DNA from: Chrysomallon squamiferum
Taxonomy: Eukaryota > Animalia > Mollusca
Direction of reading: 5' to 3'
Length of the DNA: 64,000 nucleotides
NCBI GenBank assembly: GCA_012295275.1
Contig: CM022679.1
Location: 22,878,001-22,942,000, forward strand
Every line of letters starts with the position of its first letter. Within the stretch, counting starts at the first letter, position 1. The position numbers were made by a program, and so were the translations under genes. A model generated the notes under the pieces. The model was not told the DNA's origin. It did no database searches and worked only from the letters and a program-made list of their open reading frames with translations. Of the stretch, positions 29,723 to 64,000 are shown piece by piece.

Positions 29723-32700
29723 GTAAAAGCCTCAGAAGTAATATGAAGTGAATTTCTGATACAAAATTTCCCAAAGAACTTATGTTTTATGTTTCTTCAT
29801 TAGTCATCTGAACAAGACAATGGGAAAAGCACTGCTTTGACATACTCTTTGCATGTACTTTTACTTTTTAGCTTTATTATGTTTGGTATGAAATGCACAT
29901 AATTTTAATTTTTATATAATTATCATATCAACACAGCATTATTTCCATGATTATGGTTACTGGCCCAACAAAATACATTTAATTACTAATACTCATATAC
30001 AAAATTTACATATATTTATATTTGTATCTGTATCTATATCTATATATTTATAATTACGTATCTATTTATTTAATGCTATATTTTTACATTTTACTATTAT
30101 TAAACTTAAGTAATGTGTCTCTTCAGAAAATGAATGTTAAAATTTATTTATAACAATTTGTTCTAACAATATTATAAAGATTTTAATTAAAAAAAAAAAA
30201 CCCCAAAACAAAGTTGTTGAGAATGTTTGCTTTATAGTGTTATCTAAAATTACAACTCTATATTTTTGATAAAATGTTTAGAAACTTTGAAAGGGTTGAA
30301 ATAAAGCCTATACACTTATATGAGTATCTAGTGATTTATTTTTGTAACAAGTAAGAATTTATTTTTTGTGCAATTTACAATGATACAAACTACATACATT
30401 TTGAAGATTTTCACGTTTTATTGGTTTAAGACACTAACTTACTATAATGATTGCATTTTTATGTCAGTTGATTTATTTACATCATTACAAAATTCCATAT
30501 TTATCGAGTTTTGTTTATATATTTAATTATTTGTATAAAATCATGTTATAAATGTTAAAGGAAAGTCTCCAAACATTCTCAAAATTAGTGTCTTATAATT
30601 ATTGTACTTTATTTTTAGCAAAGGTTAATGTTACAAATAGAAAAACCTTTAAAAATACCAAATGTATTTAGACTAATCATCAGTAACTTAATATGTTTTC
30701 ATTATATATCTGTGTAATTTTTAAAGCCATTTTATTATATACTTTTATTTTATTTATGTATGTATAAATAAATGATAGTTTATTATATCAAAAGATCATA
30801 TACTCCAAAAAGGAAATCCATTATAATTGTGGTAAGGACAATATGTTTATTCAGTGTTGTGACTATAAATTATTTTTATGAGAGTAATACCAAAGCTGTC
30901 TCTAAACTGAAGCCAAAAATTAATTTTAATAATGGTTGATAAGAAAAAAAAAAACCAAAGAAACCCCCCACATTAATATGACATATTATTTAAATGAAAT
31001 TTAAATCAAACTTACAAATGTTGATTTTATTTTGTTTGTATATATGTGTGTTATGCATTTCAGGATAAAATCTAAATGACATTGAACAGGTGCCAAAAGC
31101 AATTTGTAGCTCATTTTTGTTTTTTCACTTACAGCAAATTATTTTATTTTATTTATTTATTTATTTATTTATTTTTTTTGTTTGAAAATCTAAACTGTAC
31201 TTCATTTGGTAATTTTATCTGAAAAGTCATGAATCTCACAGAGATCTATCCAGCTTTTGTAAAATAGGAAATAATCATTTAATACAGATAGAATAACTTT
31301 TAAATTAATACTCTTTGTGTAGTGAAATTTTTGGTAACAGTGGTTTGTTTTTTTGGAATATTTAATCCTTTTCAAGGTGCTTTTCAGATCAACTGACATA
31401 GATACTACTACATTTAATAGTAAAGCCTTACATCTGATTTGGATATATTTTTATATTAATAGGAATACATATGTTGTAATTTATACATGTTAAATACAAG
31501 AAAAAAAGAAAAGAAAAAAGTAAGATATATTTATGTTAAATAGTCCCTTTTAATACTATTAATTGTGACATTTTCAAAACCACTTATTTTGTGTAGAGTT
31601 TATGCGAACTTGTCTGCAAAATGTAGTCAAAGTACATTACCTATTCATTTTGGATTGTTCTTAATATTTTTTTTTTTTTTTTTGTCATTTACTGATATTT
31701 TTGTTTGTTGTTTTTGTTGTAAACTGTGCCAAACTGTTACTTTAAAATATATGAACATATTGAAGTATTAAAATTCTAATTACTTATCACCATGCCTACA
31801 GCCTCTTCTTGTTAACAGTATTTTTAACCATGTATAACTTTGTGTTGTTGTTTTTTAATGTTATTTCAAATATTTACATATATAATCTGAAACTGTTGTA
31901 TTTCAATGTCTAAAGAATGAATAAAATTTTAATTTCTTGAACTATTGATTTCGAGAATATTTTTAAAATAATTATTTACATTCTAGAATATTAAAACTGC
32001 AAGGTGGCAGAATTGAAGAATGGGCAACAGATCATGATAAATTCTTACTGGTGCAAAAGTCTAGACATTTCATTATAAATATTTTAATAAAATGTTGTGA
32101 TATACTTCCAAAGATTTGTGTGTATGTGTGTGTGTGTGTGAGATAAGAAAAAATATAAAATTGTTACGTAATTAATGAATGCAATAAATATAACTTAGCA
32201 CCAAATACAGCAAAGATACCTTCATAGAAAACATACTTTATTTACTGTTCAATCATTAAAAACTTAAAAACAACAACAAAAAGCAATTTAAAAAAAAGCA
32301 AAAAAACAAATAACCGCCACAATTATATTGCAAATGTTACTGGAAACTGATTATCTAAAATACTAATATACATGTATATATTCAAAATATAAGTTATCAA
32401 TAAGACTGATCAATTTAAAATTTGCATCAAAGAAAAAAGTAAAGTTGATACCATTATTTTGAGGATTTACCTAATTTACCCACAAGTCTGTCATACCGGA
32501 GACAGCAATATTGAAACCAACCATATAAATTCATTCTCTTCTTTATTGTGATATTAAATACTGCTTCTGTTTTATGAATTAGAACAAAAACAACAACACA
32601 ATAACAATTAAAAAAAAATAAAAATGACAAAAAAAAGTTATACAACATGACTTCTTATAACCAACCAACCAACCAATGTAAAATAAAAGATCAGTTATCA

Positions 32701-35700
32701 ATAATAAAAGATGTTTGAGAGTTGAAGCTTAAAGGTACATGGTCTCATAAGACAATTGTAAAAATCAAAGTCGACAGCTGACAGCCTTGAAGAGTACCTG
32801 CTGTTGTTTTTAATCTTTCATTTAAAAAAATAAAAAATAAATATAAATAAAGAAATAAAGAAAACAAATTTTAAACCATTTAACATTTTGTAATAAATTA
32901 ATGTAAAATATTATTAGGTATATGATTTAAAAATGTTTTTGAAGTTACAGACAATTATATAAATGTCTATAAGGTTATATGTATCTGTTCATGCACAAAA
33001 TAATATCCATGTAGTAATATTTATAGGCAAGAACAGGGTGGAACAACAAATACATTTACAATAAACAGCATATAAATCTAGTTTGTAACATAACATGAAT
33101 AACCACCTAAACACAATTAGCAAAATTTGTGGTTGTTAAGTTGAAAACAATAATAAAAAAAAAAACATGTAAAGAAAAGAAAAGAAAAAAGTACTAAAAT
33201 TGTTAAAGCATCTGATTCCTACAACACATCAGTATAAAATGTAATGATTTAATTTATAACAACATTATTCAAAAATGATGAAAGCTCAGGTCATGGATAT
33301 CTGTGACAAATTGACCACTTATCTATGAAATGTTACTCATGTTTGAATCTCTTCTTATCAGTCGGTATAAAGTATGTCATAGGAAGCTGGCTAAACTGCT
33401 GTTAGTTGAGGAAACTTTTACCTCTTGACATTTGTTACTGATGAGTCCAATTACGTAAACAACAATGAACACAGGGTGGTGAAGATAAATTATGAATTTC
33501 ATTATAGAAAATTAGCTTGAAAATTCCATTTTATATGTTTTCTGCAGGAAAGTCAAGATAATGAACAAAATAAATTAAAAGGAAAAACAAAACAAGAAGT
33601 ACATGAAAAATAAATGACTGTAATGCTACATAATGTAGTAATACAAAAAAAGAGCCTTGTAGAGTCATTAAAAAAAAAAAAAAAAAAATTGAAAAAAACA
33701 TGCAAGGGATGAACACAGACAAATAGGTCAGCATTAGTTATCCTACTGACTGAACACTGCAGGATTTTAAGAAATATTGTTATGTGAAAATCAAAATATG
33801 CCTGTTAAAATCTAAATTCATAATACATCAAATATAAATAGATTTAATATAGTTATTTTTGTTTTATTTTTCTCAGTGGTTGTTCTGGATATGATGCAAT
33901 TATAAATCTAGCTGTTTTAATCTTGCTCACTGAGTAAATAATCATTAGAAATTCAATTAACAGTTCTAACTGCATTTTAACTAGTCAAGTATGACATCTG
34001 GCCTAATACATAATGAATTTACATAACAATCATCTGACAGAGATAACTTTTCCCATCATGCATGTTATCTATGAGAATAACAGGCAATAATAATCAAATG
34101 CAGTTGATATTGTATCACGAGTATGAATGAAGAACAGCAGTAGCTACTGAAACAGGTAAGTGAAGACTGGAATTTGTGTTTATACTTTCAATTGAACATT
34201 TGTCTTTGTATATGGTACAAATTAAATTCTTCATAAAAATACTGGGGTAAAGAAAGGTTCACAGCAGTTTGCAAGTGAGATTCAAAGAAATTATTTAGAT
34301 ATCTGCACAGATTTACTCAACCGAATATTGTTCACCTTTCAGAATATGTACTTAATATAAACATTGTCATATATTTCAGTCACATGTGAAATGAAATCAT
34401 ATGCTTGAATGCTGGCTATTGTGAAAACATATACATTTTTGTTCCAACCCAATAGGTACAAGCAAAAAAAAAAAAAAAAAAAGAGAAAAATAATAGATTA
34501 AGTAAATATAGAAATAAATAAATAAATTAAAAAAAAAGAAGGATGAACTCTTTTCTATTGTTGAAAACTATATTTATGTTCATTTGATGAAATTTATCTT
34601 AAAAGTTGTTGCAAAAAAAACGATTCTAAAAGTCACCTAGTACATTCCAAAATCACTCATCAGATTAAAATGAGATAAAAACTTTTATATACTTTTATCA
34701 CACAAAATGAACTAGTGATCACTTTTGTAATAATGTAGAAGATGAAGTAAAATAATTCTAAAAAATGTTTTAAATATAAAAGAATATATAAATACCATAC
34801 TCAGTTTAAAAGTAAAAAACAGATTTCTGAAACTCTGCAATGAAATTATATTTATCAATCTATTTATTTATATATTTATAATTTATTTATTTTTTAAGAA
34901 ATACTTGTTAAAATAACCTATTGCACATATGATCAAAGTGAGTAGGTACTGAAATATATTTTTAAACTTAATTTTTAAAACAATTAATCTAAAGATGGAT
35001 CAGCTAAGGCAATTATAACAAATAGTCTAAAATATATATATAAAAAAAAATTGGTTTTAAATCCTTTCAAATTCAACAAAGAAGATAGTGAAGATTCTTA
35101 CAGTGAGGAAGAATGGTGGTACTAATTACATAATCTTTCTCAGATTATCACCAACGCACCAACTGAAGGTAAAACTTTCTTTTTTATTAAACAACAAAAA
35201 CAAACAAAAAATAAATAAATAAAAAACATAAATGCAACATCAAAACATTGTCATAAGACATCCAAATATTTGGCAGACAGACAACAATGGATGGTTGGTT
35301 AGTAATGTGTACTGGGAAAGGACATTTTTCTAAAAAGATCTCATTAATATCACTGAAATAATAAAAATAAATAGCAATATGGACAAACTCAGTATACGTC
35401 ACTTGAAACTGTCCATTTTTTACTTTTATCCATGTGACATATATCAGTGTACATGCAGGGACTTCAAATCTAAATAAAATTATTAAAGAGTTTGGAGAAT
35501 TTCCACATCACATATTTCACTTCATTTGTAACACAATATTCGAAACATTGTAAGATAAAAATTGTGGAGTAAAGGGCCATAAATAATATTATAATAATCA
35601 ATTTACCCATCTGTGTGCTGGGTTTTACAGTTAAAAGCAAAGTCCAAATTGATCCCAAGCATCCAGGTAGTGATGAGAGATAGCATGAAATGAAAGAATT

Positions 35701-36259
35701 TAAATGCTATTTTGAATGAATTTGCAGTGTTTATTTCAAATAATGAGAGGAAACCTGCTGCTGTGACCTCAGGGGCTACTCTTTTTTTTATTAGCAGCAG
35801 TTTTATGTGAACCATCCCATAAACAGGACATTTCATTTAGAAATGTATTCTACAAAAGACACAGTACTTCTATAACCTGGTTCACTGTGTCTCAGTAGGT
35901 TGGTGTGATGAATTTAAAAAAGTGTGCACAAGATTAAGATGTCGTAACTAGAAATAAGATTAAGTGGGAAAGAGTGGGCTAAGAAACTGTACTAGAAAGC
36001 AAACCTGAGTCTTAAGAATGACAATAAATAAATCATTTATACTGAATAGCTGAAGGACACAACTGACTTGGGAGTAGCATTTATGTTTCATATTTGCTGT
36101 TGTTTCATGGAACTGTTACATACTAGAAATTCTTCATAATAGAGAAAAGGGGTCATGATAGTGTCAGCCATATCCTATCATTAAAAAAAAACACTCTCAA
36201 ACATTTTGTTTACACTCACAGCAGTTTACTTTTCGATCATTTCTTGGACATTCCCATTG

Positions 36260-36689
36260 CAGGAACTGTAACATGTAGAACATTTCTTCATAATTAAAGA
36301 CTTTATGAGACTCGTGATCCTGACAGAAAGTCACCCACATCAATCATGAATAAAAATCAGCCTTTTTCTTAAAACTCGTCTTGAAAATGAACTACATTGA
36401 ATGTAAAGCCTCTAAACACAACAAACTAAATATAAAATATAAAATCAGCCTTTTTCTTAAAACTCGTCTTGAAAATGAACTACATTGAATGTAAAGCCTC
36501 TAAACACAGGAACTGTAACATGTAGAACATTTCTTCATAATTAAAGACTTTATGAGACTCGTGATCCTGATAGAAAGTCAGCCACATCAATCATGAATAA
36601 AAATCAGCCTTTTTCTTAAAACCTCTTGTCTTGAAAATGAACTACATTGAATGTAAAGCCTCTAAACACAACAAACTAAATATAAAATA
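36260..36689. repeat. Recent local duplication with ABC-B-ABC structure
   Basis: ~180-bp copies at 36260-36439 and 36507-36689, nearly identical, with a third copy of the ~68-bp B part at 36441-36508. Confidence 0.9.
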
Positions 36690-38278
36690 GATAAATAATT
36701 TAAAAAGAAACGTAAATTTTTTTAATCAGGATATGGCTTTATAGACTTGGAATGCAGCATGTCTTAAAACTGAAACCTGATTTCTTGGTGGACATCTTGT
36801 CTATTACTCAGACCATGATCCAAGACAAAAGCATCATTGCAGCTGTCACCAGCTTTCAAAACTGGAATATTTTAGCACACAGTTACTGAACTGCAAGAAA
36901 CAACTTGTCCACATTGCTGTAAACCAAATATATATATCACATTATTTTTATTTGGATGTTTATTGATAAACCTTCTAAACTTTGCTTTATCTTGTTTTCC
37001 TTTCAGTTTACTCAATTAAATTCAGTGTATCTAGTTTATGTTTGATTCATTTACTTTCTGGAGTTTAATTATTAAAATATTAAATAAACAAATAATAAAG
37101 AAATAAATAAAAGTATTTAAAACATGTCCAGCATCTGTATTACACTGTCCAAGAGAAAAACTTCTTTCCTCTTTTAGTGATGTACTTGATCTGCTTTCCA
37201 GAACCACAAACAATTAACTTCATCATCTTTGTTTTTACAGTTTGGGTTCTTTTAATAGTTAAAATTTTCAGGTTTTTAAAAATCATTTCAGGTCAACAGA
37301 TCAGCTGTTTATACTTCTTCACAAGGAATTAATTATTTTCTGAATCTGTTGCAAACAAAACTTTAAAAATATATTGTTATTTTTATAAAAAAATAATTGA
37401 CATTTGTTCAACCAAACAGTTCAGTTTTCACAAAATAATAAAAAAATAAAAATAAATAAATAAATAAATAAATAAAATAAAATTTATAAAAATATATAAA
37501 AAAATAAAATAAAATAAATAAATCAGTTAATTTAAAAAGAACAAAAAACAAAACACCTAATGTGAAACCACCAAACAAATAAAAAAGAACCAAACTTAAT
37601 TGTATTTATTGTAACTAATGATAAAATCTTTTTTCTTCAAAAATAGAGAAGATATACTTCACACAAACGTTATTCTAGCAGTTTAATAAAACATTTCAAC
37701 AGCAAAATAAATGTATTGCAAATGTTGCTAAAAACCAGTAATCTAATTTGTGAAAACATTTTAAACAAATTACCTTGTTGCAGAAATTCCTGTTAATTAT
37801 AAAAAATTAAAAATAAATTAAAATAAGACAAGACATGATCATGTCATTACTGAAAAAATCTTCTCAATCTGAAATCAAAGCATTAAAACCTGTAATATGG
37901 AAAATAAAATCGTATTCCAAACTTTTGATAACTGTATGGAAGACAGTAATTAAATAAAAATGTAGTTTTCCTGCAGATTATGCATGGCTTCATGATAATG
38001 CCATTAAGATCAATCACAAAATTTTCATTATTTTCTGGTAGGCCTTATCATGCTTTATTCAATAATTTTCTACCTTATTGCTTTTTACTGCAAGTATATG
38101 TATATACCAAGTCACATAAAACTGCATAAACACCTACTTCTGCTTGTCAAACGCGTTAAATCAAACATTTTTTGTCTTTCATCTACAAACTATTTTCTGC
38201 ATTTGTGGTGTTCCTTAAAGCTTGTGAAAATAAAATTTAAATGAAGTGAGGCCAGTATATTATTAGTATTACTTCTGG

Positions 38279-38329
<51 letters not shown>

Positions 38330-38722
38330 TATATTTTGATTCAATTATTTTTTTTTATTTGACTTCTCTGGCCATGTAACCTTCTCCATCATGTTGCGCA
38401 TTTTTTTTCATGGTTACTAATTTTACTTGGTTATTATTATTACAGTTTTCTAAACAAAAAACAGTTTTAAAAACAGACAAAAAGCGGATTATAGTTCATA
38501 AAAAATATATATTAATAAATATATATATTTTTTTTTTTAAAACAACATAAAAAAATACAGCGTTTTTAATTAAATTATTTAATAAAAATGGTTTTCAAAA
38601 TAATCATTACATTTCAGAACTTCTCTTTCAGAGTGAATGCCGTAAATTACTCCCGCTGAAGAACGACTAAAGGGAAACAAGTACAATATAATACAAATAG
38701 TTACGTACCTTTATCACCCACG

Positions 38723-63064
<24,342 letters not shown>

Positions 63065-64000
63065 GTACATTCCTCAGTACAGTGGGCCCCTTCTCTTTTC
63101 ATGTTAGTTGTTGTTGTTGTTGTTTTAATTTATTTTATTTTATGTTGTTTTTTTTTTTTTTTTTTTTTTTTTTTTGTAGATGTAGTTTAGACGTTTTTCA
63201 TCTTCATTTCTGGCTTGTTAAAAATGTTGTGCTGATCTTGTTTGCATTTTATTTGAAAGAAAATTTGGCAAGGTTTTTGTTTGGTTTTGTTTGTTTGTTT
63301 TTGTTTGTTTGTTGTTTACATACACATACATGCACATACACAGATACAAACATACATACATGAAAACAACAACAACAAAAAGTTATAAGACATAAGACAA
63401 AAACTACCCTCTCAAAAATCTCAATAAATAAAATGAAAAAACTGAACAGAAAACCAAACAAACAACAACAACAGACAAACAAATCTATTTAATATAAATA
63501 AAATAAAATAAAATATATTATTGTTTGTTTAATATTTCATGTAATAAATTACTAATGATATATTTATTCAAATATCTTTTTCTTTCATATTACTATCATT
63601 ATAATTTAACATTTTATTTTCTATTTATTTTATTGTTAAACAAAGATCTTATCAAAAACTTTACTTAATTTTAATATGTTTATACTTTTAACAGGAATAT
63701 TTTATATTTTAAACTGTACATAGTATAAAACATGTTTTTTTTGGTGAATGTTTTAGCCTACCTATGTTTGGTTTTCCTTCCATAGGTTAATTAAAAAAAA
63801 AATTTTTTTTTTTTTTTTTAAAACTGTCTACTGATTTGGTGCAATCGTAAATTTATGATAGCAGATTTGACGTGTCACATCAAAAATTACTGAAAGCTCA
63901 TTTGGTATCTGATAAATTGCTGAATACTGATTTTATATACACAATACATTACCGAAAGCTCATTTGATATTGCATGTAGTCAGAAGTCAGCATGGTTTGG

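Noticed and set aside
33270-33360. Possible C/D snoRNA starting at atgatga
   Set aside because: No terminal CTGA box or closing stem.
33877-35168. Plus-strand exon-like segments (33877-34155, 35144-35168)
   Set aside because: Splice-like signals without a recognisable ORF or other support.

Overview
Very AT-rich, microsatellite-dense, intron-rich animal DNA. The exon/intron style and repeats suggest a mollusc, probably a gastropod (inference). There are three gene blocks, all on the + strand. (1) 1-20.3 kb: a tandem array of small spliced genes encoding a free-standing P2X7 cytoplasmic-ballast (Zn/Cys, nanor-like) domain with no channel part. The order is A1 (5'-truncated by the window), B1 (pseudogene), A2 (plus an orphan last exon), B2. 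Their N-termini are built from duplicated 60/75-nt CxxC exons lying in a satellite made of splice-site sequence. (2) 25.5-28.7 kb: a complete six-exon TMEM220 gene (188 aa). (3) 38.7 kb to the window end: an ABCC1/MRP1-type ABC transporter with 22 constitutive exons, followed by three diverged, phase-matched copies (311/308/311 nt) of one TMD2 exon, i.e. a mutually exclusive exon cassette. The cassette and the ballast-only family are the top leads. All exon models were built by hand from GT-AG signals and reading-frame continuity. No searches were run, and literature comparisons are from memory.
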